The notes under the pieces were generated by a model. That model was not told the origin of the DNA, did not search any database, and worked only from the letters and a program-made list of their open reading frames with translations. This document shows, in pieces, positions 28,601 through 39,009 of a stretch of DNA of 64,000 nucleotides (the first letter of the stretch is position 1; each line of letters begins with the position of its first letter). The DNA is from Bacteroidales bacterium (GTDB lineage Bacteria; Bacteroidota; Bacteroidia; Bacteroidales; JACABE01), in NCBI GenBank assembly GCA_038204725.1, contig JBBRCQ010000003.1, forward strand, positions 84,148 to 148,147, given 5' to 3'. Both the position numbers and the translations under genes were made by a program.

Positions 28601-29028
28601 AAACGGATTTAGAACTGATGATACCCGACGAATACATTCGGAATATTACAGAAAGACTAAGTCTTTACAAAGAACTTGACAATCTTGAAACCGATGATGA
28701 GTTAAATGCATTCAAAATCAGATTAGTCGACCGATTTGGCGAAATCCCTGAAGCTACTGTAGAACTTGTAAATACTATAAAATTAAGAAGAATTGCTAAA
28801 GAAACCGGTTTTGAAAAAATGATACTGAAACAGCATAAACTATTGGCTTTTTTTATCGCCAATCAGGATTCGCCCTATTTTCAATCGGATGCCTTTACCA
28901 GATTGCTTCAATATTTACAACTCAATCCACGACTTGTTAGTATCAAGGAAAATAAAGGAAGATTATCCGTCATTTTCGAAAATGTGGGAAGTATAAGTAA
29001 AGCATTGAGCATACTGGAACAGATCTAG
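25675..29028 (+). CDS. mfd: Transcription-repair coupling factor
   Basis: RGGLVDVF, CarD-like HGIG, GDVGFGKTE, DEEQKFG, TATPIPRTL, QLRGRVGR, TRCF domain; TAACTTTG promoter at 25642-25649. Confidence 0.97.
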   Translation: MQTLDLTKLYAGDQRVSGLSALLHKEKTLRYNIKGLNGSALSLVAHAVIKQSPGIHLFILSDKEKAAYFYNDLENLFGEADFDYGNKNILFYPTSYKRPYQIEAVENANVLLRSEVLNRLSHARKSPIIVTYPEALCEKVITQKNLIRNTLKLQKGESVNHEFITDLLIEYEFERVDFVTEPGQFSIRGGLVDVFSFSNDFPYRIEFFGDEVESIRTFNPVNQLSKQQLDAISILPNIQHQKFGEYRESLLQFIPKPATVWVENMEYAAEKIQTSFEKAELAFEEIKVDTGHKKPTQLFVTASEFLNEILDFNILEIGNYTLLQKNKDLVFNTNSQPVFNKNFELLFRNLVENTENNFTNIIVSENPKQIERLDRIFSEINTNKEPLIYTHLSCALNEGFIDKDLKICCYTDHQIFERYHKYKLNEFSQNKEAITLKEIYDLKPGDFVTHTDHGIGRYGGLEKINNNGKEQEAIRLIYKDDDILYVSIHSLHRISRYSGREGSLPNLSRLGSPAWQNLKNKTKQKVKDIAKDLIKLYAERKTAKGFAFNADTYLQNELEASFIYEDTPDQLKATLDVKRDMEADFPMDRLVCGDVGFGKTEIAVRAAFKAVADSKQVAVLVPTTILALQHSKTFKERLGNFPCNIEYINRFKTAAQKTQILKDLKAGKIDILIGTHRLVSKDITFKDLGLLIIDEEQKFGVSVKEKLKQIKVDVDTLTLTATPIPRTLQFSLMGARDLSIMNTPPPNRHPIHTELHSFNEELIRDAVLQEVSRGGQVFFVHNRVQSILEVAGMLQRLLPDIKIAIGHGQMDGHKLEKIMLDFIDGEYDVLLATTIIENGLDIPNANTIIINEAHTYGLSDLHQLRGRVGRSNKKSFCYLIAPPLTVLTDEARKRLKAIEEFSDIGSGFNIAMRDLDIRGAGDILGGEQSGFISEIGFDMYHKILDEAITELKENDFKALYYNEDEEIEFVKECTIETDLELMIPDEYIRNITERLSLYKELDNLETDDELNAFKIRLVDRFGEIPEATVELVNTIKLRRIAKETGFEKMILKQHKLLAFFIANQDSPYFQSDAFTRLLQYLQLNPRLVSIKENKGRLSVIFENVGSISKALSILEQI

Positions 29029-29104
29029 CTCTCTAAATCTCTACAAAGGTAAACTCTATCGGAGTGAATGATTTGGAAAGATTTGTTAATGCCCCGTAAT
29101 TAAA

Positions 29105-30112
29105 CTACATTGGTTTATACGTATAAATAATCGATTCGATTTGTTTCAACAAATCCCTTTTTGGCTTTTTGGGCGAATACAAAAAGCCATCTAACATAAT
29201 GATGCGGTTATTTTTTTCATCAACAAAAGTGTAATTGATAAATGGTCCTCCCATAAAATCACCTTTTAATTTCCACAAGCCTCTCATTTCAATGGCATAC
29301 AATCCATTGAAATTGATTTCTTTTGAAACAGGTGCAAACTCTTTTTCGCTGGTCATATATGAACCTTCGGTTGGACCCGGAATGTATTGTTTAGATATAG
29401 AATCGCGCAAGGCTATGATGTGTTGTGGATTTAATTGCTTCTTATCTTCATAGGGATAAGTATAAATCATCACTGCTTCAGTATAATCTTTTGATTCCTG
29501 ACGTATCCAGGCAAAATCTCTTGTTTTCTTAGAAACTTTGAAACCTTTTGGAAATACCATTGAAAAATTAAAAATTCTTTCTACTTGTTTACCTGTATTT
29601 ACTTCCTCCATTGATTTAAACGCCTGATTAATACGAATTCTTTCCGTTTCATCAAAAGTAGCTTTTATCATTTCTTTTTTTTCATTAAACAAGTGTAGAA
29701 ATGCCGCATTATTTGGTGCATTCAAAATAAATACTATTTGTGGTTTGGATTTGTAATCTTTCATGATTTCAAGTTTCTCTTTGCAGGTATCGTTAATATT
29801 AATCATGATAATATTACGATAAGTTTGAAACATTTTTGCATCTTCAAAAGCAGATAATGTAAGAAAAGGCAATGTAAACAATGGCTCTGATTGATTCAAC
29901 CCTGGCTGTTCCTGCATAAAATAGTCTTTCAATGCAGTTCCTACCGGTCCACCTATCAATGATTGATTAGCAACTACCAATATTTCACAAGTTTTGCCTG
30001 ATGATGAAGGTTTTTCTCCCAGCTGTTTTTTATCACAAGCTGTTGCCATTAAAGTCAATAAAATGCATAATGCAATAATTTTATTTCCGCTTTTAAATAT
30101 TTTTGAATCCAT
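29105..30112 (-). CDS. DUF4837-family lipoprotein
   Basis: Lipobox ATAC; GLNQSEPLF, RDS....IPGP, RGLW...GDFMGGPF. Confidence 0.8.
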   Translation of the reverse strand: MDSKIFKSGNKIIALCILLTLMATACDKKQLGEKPSSSGKTCEILVVANQSLIGGPVGTALKDYFMQEQPGLNQSEPLFTLPFLTLSAFEDAKMFQTYRNIIMININDTCKEKLEIMKDYKSKPQIVFILNAPNNAAFLHLFNEKKEMIKATFDETERIRINQAFKSMEEVNTGKQVERIFNFSMVFPKGFKVSKKTRDFAWIRQESKDYTEAVMIYTYPYEDKKQLNPQHIIALRDSISKQYIPGPTEGSYMTSEKEFAPVSKEINFNGLYAIEMRGLWKLKGDFMGGPFINYTFVDEKNNRIIMLDGFLYSPKKPKRDLLKQIESIIYTYKPM

Positions 30113-30150
30113 CTTTGTTGTTGGTTATTAATTTATTAAGTTATTAATTT

Positions 30151-30294
30151 ACTGAGCTTTTGCTCAGTCCCGAGCTACAATTTCTTACGAAGTATGAGTT
30201 AGAAATTGTTATTCAGGAAAATAGGAGTTAGGAATTGTTATTCGGTATTACGTTACTGATTTACTGAGTTTTGATCAGTCAAGAGCTGCAATTT
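30151..30294 (+). repeat. Two copies of dispersed palindromic element ACTGAGC-TTTT-GCTCAGT-CCCGAGCTACAATTT
   Basis: Copies at 30151-30183 and 30263-30294; also 48815-48847 (inverted, 1 mismatch), 41600-41619 and 46592-46630. Confidence 0.8.
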
Positions 30295-30320
30295 TTTACC
30301 TAATAACCATTAACTACATA

Positions 30321-31583
30321 TTAATTTGAAGAACGAATCGCATCCACCGGATTTAATCGGGATGCACTAAAAGCTGGTATAAATCCGGCTATTAAACCAA
30401 TTATAAATGAAACGCTTAATCCCAGGAAAATATTTCCCAGTGTCAGAATTAATGTAAAATCAAAAGCATAGGTAACAATAAGTGTACCCGCAAAGATAAC
30501 AATTAAGCCGATAGCTCCACCAATAAGTGAAAGGAATACCGCTTCAAACAAAAATTGTAACAAAATAAAATAATTTTTAGCTCCCAGCGATTTTTGAATT
30601 CCAATTATAGCCGTTCTTTCCTTAACCGACACGAACATAATATTGGCAATTCCAAATCCTCCGACAATAAGTGAAAAAGCACCTATAATCCATCCTATGG
30701 CACTGATTGTACTAAAAATTCCCTCAAAACCTTTCGTAATCAGACTCATTTCGTTGATGGCAAAATTATCATCTGCCGAGGGTTTGAGCCGCCTCACTGA
30801 ACGCATAATGCCGGTGAGTTCATCCTTCAACTCCTGGTTGCTCACATTGGATTTAGCTTTCACTATAATAGTAGGATCATTGCTCTCGTCTGTAACATCC
30901 ATCACATTGCGTGCAAAATTGATGGGCAGCATTACCTGGTTATCGCTGCTTTGGCCAAACATATTATCACCTTCCTTTTTAAACACTCCAACTACATTCA
31001 CTTTTCGGCCAAATACAGTAATCTCCCTTCCCAACGGATTCGCATTGTTAAACAGATTTTCAGCAATATCACTCCCTATAATAGCAACAGGTCTCCCTCC
31101 AACAGATTCACTGACTGAAAAATATCTCCCCTGATCGATATCAATGGAAATAACCTTGTCATAATCTTTTGAAACAGCCATAATCCGGGTATTTGAAATA
31201 CTGTTGTTTTTGTATTTAATCGTTTTTACGTTACCTACAATAAAAGTTGCTGCACTAAAAGCCTGGCTTCTTTTTTCTATTTCGCTGAGTTCGTTGATTT
31301 TTGCAACAGGACGGCTGAGATATTTCCACCAAGGGTAATCGCCACCAAATGCCCATGGCCACTTTTGTACAAATAAAACATTGTCGCCCAACGAATCAAT
31401 ACTGGTTTTAATCTTACTTTCGAGTGAATCAAAAACTGTAAAAACAGATATAATCGAAAAAATCCCAATGGTTATACCTGACAATGTGAGCAAAGTTCTC
31501 AATTTATTCACTACAATAGCCTGAAATGCAAATAAATAGCTTTCTCTGAATAATTTTACAAAAATAAACAATTTGTTTTCCAT
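30321..31583 (-). CDS. ABC transporter permease, MacB/FtsX family
   Basis: KLRTLLTLSGITIGI, VGGFGIANIMFVSVKERT..IGI.KSLGA, PAFSASRLNPVDAIR. Confidence 0.92.
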   Translation of the reverse strand: MENKLFIFVKLFRESYLFAFQAIVVNKLRTLLTLSGITIGIFSIISVFTVFDSLESKIKTSIDSLGDNVLFVQKWPWAFGGDYPWWKYLSRPVAKINELSEIEKRSQAFSAATFIVGNVKTIKYKNNSISNTRIMAVSKDYDKVISIDIDQGRYFSVSESVGGRPVAIIGSDIAENLFNNANPLGREITVFGRKVNVVGVFKKEGDNMFGQSSDNQVMLPINFARNVMDVTDESNDPTIIVKAKSNVSNQELKDELTGIMRSVRRLKPSADDNFAINEMSLITKGFEGIFSTISAIGWIIGAFSLIVGGFGIANIMFVSVKERTAIIGIQKSLGAKNYFILLQFLFEAVFLSLIGGAIGLIVIFAGTLIVTYAFDFTLILTLGNIFLGLSVSFIIGLIAGFIPAFSASRLNPVDAIRSSN

Positions 31584-31744
31584 TTTTTAAATTTGAATTT
31601 CAAGAATTTGTCAAAATATAATAATCTGTAAAATTATAAATTAATATGAAAATAAATTGGGTTTTGAGCTAAATTTTTAATAAAATTGCAAAATATTAAA
31701 TTTTTTTTACAAATCTGATTACCAGCTTCAAAAGTTTCAATACC

Positions 31745-33262
31745 ATGAAAAAAATTAACAGTGCACTCATCTCGGTTTATTCAAAAGAGGGAATTGAGCC
31801 AATTATTAGGAAACTAAACGAATTAAATGTAAAATTATATTCAACCGGTGGAACTTATGATTTTATTAAAACCCTTGGCATTGATACAGTGGCAGTAGAA
31901 ACTCTGACTTATTATCCATCTATACTGGGTGGCAGGGTTAAAACACTTCACCCTAAAATATTTGGGGGCATATTAGGACGACGAAATGTAGATACTGATA
32001 TACAAGAATTATATGAATATGGAATCCCTGAAATTGACCTAGTTATTGTTGATTTATATCCTTTTGAAAAAACTGCAGCTTCTTCAACAGAAGAGTCGGA
32101 AATCATCGAAAAAATTGATATTGGTGGCATTTCGCTCATCCGTGCAGCAGCTAAAAACTTTAACGATGTGGTCATCATTCCATCAGCAGATCAATATAAT
32201 GATTTATTGTCGTTGCTGACAGAAAAACAAGGAAATACCGAACTGGCTGACCGGAAATTATTAGCCTGTAAAGCTTTTAACATTTCCTCTCATTACGATT
32301 TGCAAATATTTAATTATTTCAACAAAGAAGCTGAAATACCTGTATTTAAGCAAAGCATATTACAATCCAATGCAATGCGGTATGGCGAAAATCCACATCA
32401 ACAAGCTTTCTTTTATGGCAATATATCTGATTATTTCAATCAGTTGCACGGTAAAGATATTTCATATAACAATATGCTAGATATAGATGCAGCCATTGCA
32501 TTGATTAGTGATTTTGAGGCAACTACTTTTGCGATTATCAAACACAACAATGCTTGTGGACTGGCGAGCCGGGAAAAGTTGATTGATGCATGGAAAGCAG
32601 CCCTTGCTGCTGATCCTGTTTCTGCATTTGGTGGAGTGTTGGTTTGCAACCGAAAAGTGGATGAAGAAACCGCTCTGGAAATCAATAAATTGTTCTTTGA
32701 AATAATAATTGCACCTGATTTTGAAAATAATGCCTTAGAAATACTAAAATCTAAGAAAAATAGAATAATTTTGCAAAAGAAAGATTTTGTATTGAACGAC
32801 AAGCAATTCAAAACGGTATTAAATGGAGTTATAGCTCAAAAAAGAGATACTTTAGTTGAAAAACCTGAGGATTTAAAACCTGTAACTCACATATTGCCTA
32901 CAGAAAAGCAAATAACAGATATGATATTTGCCAATATACTTGTAAAACATACAAAATCAAATGCGATCGTTTTAGTAAAAGACAATCAATTGCTGGCAAG
33001 CGGAGTAGGACAAACTTCAAGGGTGGATGCATTGAAGCAGTCAATTGCCAAGGCAAAGAGTTTTGGGTTTGAGCTGGAAGGAGCTGTAATGGCTTCCGAT
33101 GCCTTTTTCCCTTTTGCCGATTCAGTTGAAATTGCACACAATGAAGGTATAAAAGCTGTTATTCAACCCGGAGGATCTGTAAAAGATCAGGAGAGTATCG
33201 ATTTTTGCAACCAACACCAACTGGCAATGGTTTTTACAGGAAACAGGCATTTCAAACATTGA
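31745..33262 (+). CDS. purH: AICAR transformylase / IMP cyclohydrolase
   Basis: STGGT, GGRVKTLHP, IDIGG, RYGENPHQ, KHNNACG, ASDAFFPF, RHFKH. Confidence 0.97.
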   Translation: MKKINSALISVYSKEGIEPIIRKLNELNVKLYSTGGTYDFIKTLGIDTVAVETLTYYPSILGGRVKTLHPKIFGGILGRRNVDTDIQELYEYGIPEIDLVIVDLYPFEKTAASSTEESEIIEKIDIGGISLIRAAAKNFNDVVIIPSADQYNDLLSLLTEKQGNTELADRKLLACKAFNISSHYDLQIFNYFNKEAEIPVFKQSILQSNAMRYGENPHQQAFFYGNISDYFNQLHGKDISYNNMLDIDAAIALISDFEATTFAIIKHNNACGLASREKLIDAWKAALAADPVSAFGGVLVCNRKVDEETALEINKLFFEIIIAPDFENNALEILKSKKNRIILQKKDFVLNDKQFKTVLNGVIAQKRDTLVEKPEDLKPVTHILPTEKQITDMIFANILVKHTKSNAIVLVKDNQLLASGVGQTSRVDALKQSIAKAKSFGFELEGAVMASDAFFPFADSVEIAHNEGIKAVIQPGGSVKDQESIDFCNQHQLAMVFTGNRHFKH

Positions 33263-33339
33263 TAAATATATTATTGTAACTAATTTTCTGATTTTACGTT
33301 AGATAAATCATTTTAATCAGAAATATAATAAAAAAGAAT

Positions 33340-34362
33340 ATGGGACTTTTTTCTTTTTTAACAAAAGAAATAGCAATTGACTTAGGTACAGCCAACACTA
33401 TTATTATTCATAACGACAAAGTAGTTGTGGATGAACCTTCAATTGTAGCAATCGACCGTACAACCGGAAAAATTATTGCTGTGGGAAAAAAAGCCATGCT
33501 TATGCATGGTAAAACACATGAAAATATCAAAACCATACGTCCATTAAGAGATGGAGTTATTGCTGATTTTCAATCAGCAGAATACATGATACGGGAAATG
33601 ATAAAAATGATAAGCCCTAAAAAGCCCTTATTTCCTCCCGCATTGAAAATGGTAATTTGTATTCCCTCCGGTATTACCGAAGTGGAAGAAAGAGCCGTAA
33701 GAGATTCTGCCGAACAAGCCGGTGCCAAGGAAGTAAAATTAATTCATGAACCGATGGCTGCTGCAATCGGCATCGGAATTGACGTACTAGAACCCAATGG
33801 CAATATGGTTATTGATATCGGAGGTGGTACCAGCGAAATTGCCGTTATTGCCTTAGGTGGGATTGTTTGTAATAAATCCATCCGTATTGCCGGTGATGAT
33901 TTCAACCAGGATATTGAAGAATATTTACGCAAACAACACAACGTTGTGATTGGAGAACGTACAGCTGAGAGAATTAAAATTGAAGTTGGATCAGCTATTC
34001 CTGAATTGGACAATCCACCCGAAGATTTTGCGGTTCAAGGCAGAGATATGCTTACAGGAACTCCCCGTGAAGTTTATGTTAATTATACCGAAATCGCTCA
34101 TTGTCTTGATAAATCTATCTCTAAAATTGAAGCAGCTATTTTAAATGCACTGGAAATGACACCACCTGAATTGTGCGCTGACATTTACTGTACTGGAATC
34201 TATTTGGCAGGTGGTGGCTCAATGCTTAGAGGACTGGATAAACGAATAGCTCAAAAAACAAAACTCACTGTTCATGTAGCTGAAGATCCTTTAAGAGCTG
34301 TTGCACGTGGTACAGGCATTGCATTGAAAAACTTTGACAAATTTACATTCCTTATTAAATAA
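33340..34362 (+). CDS. mreB: Rod shape-determining protein MreB
   Basis: IDLGTANT, RPLRDGVIADF, EPMAAAIG, DIGGGT, AGGG. Confidence 0.97.
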   Translation: MGLFSFLTKEIAIDLGTANTIIIHNDKVVVDEPSIVAIDRTTGKIIAVGKKAMLMHGKTHENIKTIRPLRDGVIADFQSAEYMIREMIKMISPKKPLFPPALKMVICIPSGITEVEERAVRDSAEQAGAKEVKLIHEPMAAAIGIGIDVLEPNGNMVIDIGGGTSEIAVIALGGIVCNKSIRIAGDDFNQDIEEYLRKQHNVVIGERTAERIKIEVGSAIPELDNPPEDFAVQGRDMLTGTPREVYVNYTEIAHCLDKSISKIEAAILNALEMTPPELCADIYCTGIYLAGGGSMLRGLDKRIAQKTKLTVHVAEDPLRAVARGTGIALKNFDKFTFLIK

Positions 34363-34621
34363 GGATTCAAAATTTCTTGACTTTTTAAAACCACCGGAGT
34401 TATTCATTATTGGGTAATTGTCACCTTATTTTCTTGATTGATCCCAATATTCCATTTAATTATGTTGTATATCAATATATTACGAGACATTTCACTTCGA
34501 TTCGTATGACAAAAGAGAAATTCCCCATTTTACAACATTATTATATTTCGTAATTCGTAATTTTTATTTCGTAATTTATTATTAAATTTGCCAACAAGAA
34601 TTGACTCATAATCAAAAATAA

Positions 34622-35449
34622 ATGCGACAGCTTTTTGCGTTTCTGATAAAATATTATTTTTTTTTCTTGTTTATGCTACTTGAAATACTGGCATTTATTA
34701 TGATTGCCAATAACAGTAATTATCAGGGAGCTCGTATTCTGAATACCGCCAATCAGCTTACAGGAGGTGTTTACCAATCCTATAACGATGTTTTCGACTA
34801 CCTTTACCTCAAACAAAGCAACCGATTACTAGCCGAAGAAAATGCAAAACTTCGTGAAAAGATCGAAAATGCTTATGTTAAATTTACCACCCAAGAGTTT
34901 AAGATACACGATACCTTATACAAACAACAATTCAGTTACATAGATGCCAAGGTAATCAGCAATTCAACAGGGAAAAGAAATAACTACCTGATGCTGAACA
35001 AAGGTTATAACCAGGGAATCAGAAACAACATGGCTGTGGTAACTACAACAGGTATTGTTGGAATCGTGAGTGGCGTATCCGGAAATTTCAGTTCGGTAAT
35101 GTCGTTGCTGCATGCAGAAACAAAAATAAGTGCAAAACTAAAAAAATCCAATGCAACAGGATCCGTTACCTGGGATGGAGGAAGTTACAAGAAAGGAACA
35201 CTTACCGATATACCTTCGCATATTCGTTTAATAACAGGAGATTCAGTAATTACAAGCGGGTTTTCTCTTGATTTCCCCGAAGGGATTATGATTGGAACCA
35301 TTGCAACTTACAGTATGAATCCAGGAGATAATTTTTACAAAATCAAAATCAATTATGCTACGGATTTCAACAAACTGGATTATGTATATGTAGTTAAAAA
35401 CATGTTCAAAGACGAACAGTTGAAACTTAAAGAATCTCAACATGAATAA
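34622..35449 (+). CDS. mreC: Rod shape-determining protein MreC
   Basis: N-terminal TM, coiled coil LAEENAKLR, LNKG...GI, GIVG, TSG.S..FPEGI; synteny. Confidence 0.93.
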   Translation: MRQLFAFLIKYYFFFLFMLLEILAFIMIANNSNYQGARILNTANQLTGGVYQSYNDVFDYLYLKQSNRLLAEENAKLREKIENAYVKFTTQEFKIHDTLYKQQFSYIDAKVISNSTGKRNNYLMLNKGYNQGIRNNMAVVTTTGIVGIVSGVSGNFSSVMSLLHAETKISAKLKKSNATGSVTWDGGSYKKGTLTDIPSHIRLITGDSVITSGFSLDFPEGIMIGTIATYSMNPGDNFYKIKINYATDFNKLDYVYVVKNMFKDEQLKLKESQHE

Positions 35450-35951
35450 TCTCTTTTTCAGAAATATCATCCGTTTCTTTTTGTTGATACTTTTGCAGGT
35501 GTTAGTCTTTAATAATTTGCATATACAAGGCTATATCAATCCATATATTTACATCTTATTTATTTTACTCATCCCTTTCGAAACACCTCAATGGTTATTA
35601 TTGATTTCGGCATTTTTATTAGGGTTTGGTGTAGATTTATTTTCGGATACGATGGGAATGCATGCAGCAGCTTCTGTATTTATGGCTTTTTGCCGTCCCG
35701 GAATCCTTAGAATGGTGTATTCATCCAAAGACTATGAAGTTGGAATAACACCCGGCATCAGTGATTTAGGCTTCGAATGGTTTTTGAAATATGCTATTAT
35801 ACTTGTTTTCCTTCATCATCTTGTATTTTTTTATCTTGAAGTTTTTACTTTTAACGAATTTTTTTATACTTTTGGAAGAGTAATTTTGAGTACCATCACT
35901 ACTGTACTTTTTATTATTCTCAGTCAATATCTATTTTATATTAAGAAATAA
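35442..35951 (+). CDS. mreD: Rod shape-determining protein MreD
   Basis: Hydrophobic protein with LQVLVFN, PYIYILFI and G..VD.FS.T.GMHA; overlaps the mreC stop. Confidence 0.9.
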   Translation: MNNLFFRNIIRFFLLILLQVLVFNNLHIQGYINPYIYILFILLIPFETPQWLLLISAFLLGFGVDLFSDTMGMHAAASVFMAFCRPGILRMVYSSKDYEVGITPGISDLGFEWFLKYAIILVFLHHLVFFYLEVFTFNEFFYTFGRVILSTITTVLFIILSQYLFYIKK

Positions 35952-35997
35952 TCATCAACAGTTTATTTTCAATATTTATACATCAACAGATTAAAAA

Positions 35998-37692
35998 ATG
36001 AAAACAAAATCAATTCTTCCAATAATGGTAATGATAGTGCTATCCGTTACCATCGGATGTAAAAACAAAACCAACGTTAATATGGAACAACAACTTGCGG
36101 ATTTTATTAAACAACATGATTCTTTAACCGTTAACCTCAGCAAAGAAGTCAACCTTGCATACTGGGATGCCGCAATTACCGGGAAAGATGAAGATTATGC
36201 AAAAGTTGAAGCCTTATCGGTAAAACTCACCAATGTTTATGCAAATCCAGCTTCATTTGCCACATTAAAAACAATCAAAGCATCAGATCAAATCAAAGAC
36301 AAATTGCTGAACAGGCAATTAACCGTCCTTTATAATGCCTATTTGAGTGCAGCAGTGGATACCGCTAAATTAAATGCAGTCATCAAGCTACAAACTGAAA
36401 TAGAAAAGAAATTTTCCAATTTCAGAGCGGAAATCAAAGGTAAAAAACTTTCGGATAATCAAATTGAAGAAGTGCTCAAAACTTCGGTTAATTCAAATGA
36501 ACTGAAAGACACCTGGACAACTCAGAAAAAAATAGGAAGTCTGGTTAATGAAGATATTATTAAGTTAGTTAAAATGCGGAATGAAATTGCTAAAGAGCTT
36601 GGGTTTGATAATTATCATACCATGAGTTTACAACTGAGCGAACAAGACCCAAAGGAGATTGAATCATTATTTGATGAGTTGGATGGCTTAACAAAAGAAA
36701 CTTTTGCTGAATTAAAAAGTGAAATGGATGATTATTTTGCAAAACGATACAAAATAAGCAAAGCAGAACTGATGCCTTGGCATTATCAGAACCGTTTTTT
36801 CCAGGAAGCACCCAAATTGTATGCAGTAGATCTGGATAAATATTATGCAAAAGCTAATTTAGAACAACTTACAGCTGATTATTTCAAAGGTATAGGGTTA
36901 CCGATGGATGATATTCTTAAAAACAGTGATTTGTATGAGAAACCAGGCAAAAACCAACATGCATTTTGTACAGATATTGACAATGAGGGCGATGTAAGGG
37001 TATTATGCAATATTCAGCCTAATCAACAATGGATGGGAACGATGTTGCATGAATTTGGACATGGTGTTTATGATAAATTTATCGATCGCAGCCTGCCCTA
37101 TTCTTTGCGTGAACCGGCTCATACTTTCACAACCGAATCCATTGCTATGTTTTTTGGGAGATTATCCAGCAATCCTGAATGGATCAAAGCCATGGTTGGT
37201 ATCAGTGATATAGAAAAAGCAAAAATTGCAGAGGATTGTTTCCGTACATTGCGTCTCGAACAAATGGTTTTCAGCCGTTGGGCTCAGGTAATGTACCGTT
37301 TCGAAAAAAGCATGTATGCAGATCCTGATCAGGATTTAAATCAGCTTTGGTGGAATCTGGCCGAAAAATACCAGATGATTAAAAAACCTGCCGGCAGAAA
37401 TGCTCCTGATTGGGCTACTAAAATCCACATCGCTACTTTTCCTTGCTACTATCATAACTATTTAATGGGCGAACTGCTTGCTTCGCAATTTAGTTATTAT
37501 ATTACAGAAAAGGTTTTAAAACAATCTGATTTGAAAACACAGAGTTTTATTGGCAATCCTGAAATCGGCAACTATTTTAAAGAAAAAGTATTTAAACCAG
37601 GCAAAACAATGTATTGGAACGATATGATAGAACAAGCTACCGGTGAAAAACTGACAGCAAAATATTATGCTAAACAGTTTGTTACCAAATAA
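35998..37692 (+). CDS. Lipoprotein zinc metallopeptidase (M2/M3 gluzincin type)
   Basis: Lipobox TIGC; KNQHAFC, HEFGH, TESIAM, HI...P.YY.NY. Confidence 0.85.
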   Translation: MKTKSILPIMVMIVLSVTIGCKNKTNVNMEQQLADFIKQHDSLTVNLSKEVNLAYWDAAITGKDEDYAKVEALSVKLTNVYANPASFATLKTIKASDQIKDKLLNRQLTVLYNAYLSAAVDTAKLNAVIKLQTEIEKKFSNFRAEIKGKKLSDNQIEEVLKTSVNSNELKDTWTTQKKIGSLVNEDIIKLVKMRNEIAKELGFDNYHTMSLQLSEQDPKEIESLFDELDGLTKETFAELKSEMDDYFAKRYKISKAELMPWHYQNRFFQEAPKLYAVDLDKYYAKANLEQLTADYFKGIGLPMDDILKNSDLYEKPGKNQHAFCTDIDNEGDVRVLCNIQPNQQWMGTMLHEFGHGVYDKFIDRSLPYSLREPAHTFTTESIAMFFGRLSSNPEWIKAMVGISDIEKAKIAEDCFRTLRLEQMVFSRWAQVMYRFEKSMYADPDQDLNQLWWNLAEKYQMIKKPAGRNAPDWATKIHIATFPCYYHNYLMGELLASQFSYYITEKVLKQSDLKTQSFIGNPEIGNYFKEKVFKPGKTMYWNDMIEQATGEKLTAKYYAKQFVTK

Positions 37693-37808
37693 AATAATAA
37701 TTTCTTCTAAAATAAATAGCCGGAATAAACTTAATATTCCGGCTTTTTTTATAATAAATTTGTTTTAGTATGAAAAAAAATGTATGTTTGTAGAAAGAAA
37801 TTATTAAA

Positions 37809-38801
37809 ATGGCTCCAATAACAGACCAAGAAAGAAAAAGAACTTTCAATATCATAGCCCTCAATTCCACAGCTGTTTATGTGCTTGCTTTTTTGTTTGT
37901 ATATTTTATCTATCAGTTTATCACTGCATTTATTGCTGGTCAATACTTTATCAGGGTTATCTTATTATACAATGAAATTAAATTTCTAACTCCTGACAAC
38001 TCAAAATTTTGGTATTCCGATTCTGCTTTAACCGTTTTTGCAGCAGGTCCATTAATTTCGGCATTTTTGGCATTCGTATTTATTATGTTATACCGACGGT
38101 TTACCAATACCGACAGTATATTAAAACTATTTTTCCTGTGGGGTGCATTGCATTTTATCAACCGGGTATTTAGTTCATTTGCTATCGGAACAATTTTCTT
38201 ATTATATGGTTCTAATCTGATTGCCGACTGGTTATATCTTGGAATGGAAATTAAAATTTTAATGGTCGTTTTTGCCATTTTAATATTACTGATAATCGGA
38301 AATTTTTCTGTATTTCCTATCCTTACTTCAGCCAATTCCTTTTCACTGATTAATAAAAAAAACAGAGCAGGATTTATCAAAAACCAGATTTTTATACCCT
38401 GGATTGTAGGAAGCCTGATTTTATTTGTATTGTATCTTCCAAAATTCCCATTGCACGAAATACTTATCAATGTATCTATGCTTATTATGTTGATTCCAGT
38501 TTACCTGAAGTTCGATAAAATTATGATTCCAAATGTGGAAGAAGATGAACCTTACAGAGACCGACTTTCATGGATTTTTATTTTATTTTTTATAGCAGTT
38601 TTAGCAGCTTTCCGGATTGTTTTCGGGAAAGGCATACATTTTGGAACAGAAACAGAAAACTCTACGGGTGTTTTTGTAATTATGACCATTGTTGCCTTTA
38701 TATTGATAACGCTAATCATATTGGGAATAAGAAAGATAAGGGAAAGACGTAAAGAGGTATACAATATGATAACAAAAAGCCTTGCTGAAGATAAAGGGTA
38801 A
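37809..38801 (+). CDS. Multi-pass membrane protein, unknown function
   Basis: About 8 hydrophobic segments; AAGP motif as in M50-like proteins but no HExxH. Confidence 0.7.
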   Translation: MAPITDQERKRTFNIIALNSTAVYVLAFLFVYFIYQFITAFIAGQYFIRVILLYNEIKFLTPDNSKFWYSDSALTVFAAGPLISAFLAFVFIMLYRRFTNTDSILKLFFLWGALHFINRVFSSFAIGTIFLLYGSNLIADWLYLGMEIKILMVVFAILILLIIGNFSVFPILTSANSFSLINKKNRAGFIKNQIFIPWIVGSLILFVLYLPKFPLHEILINVSMLIMLIPVYLKFDKIMIPNVEEDEPYRDRLSWIFILFFIAVLAAFRIVFGKGIHFGTETENSTGVFVIMTIVAFILITLIILGIRKIRERRKEVYNMITKSLAEDKG

Positions 38802-39009
38802 AGGGAAAAAGCAAAATGGTCGGAAGTCGGAAAAATGAATTATTGTTTGCTTTTTGTCATCTTGAACTCGCTTATTGAGATATAAAAATCTCATCCTAAG
38901 GAAAAAGGAAAAAAATTATTTGTATTGAGCATAAACGATGAATAGAAGAATCACTTATGACTGTTCACAGAAAATTATCCTCTATCCACTATTTAAATTA
39001 TTATAGTAT

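Noticed and set aside
31584-31744. ZTP riboswitch upstream of purH
   Set aside because: The region is extremely AT-rich with no ZTP consensus or GC stems.
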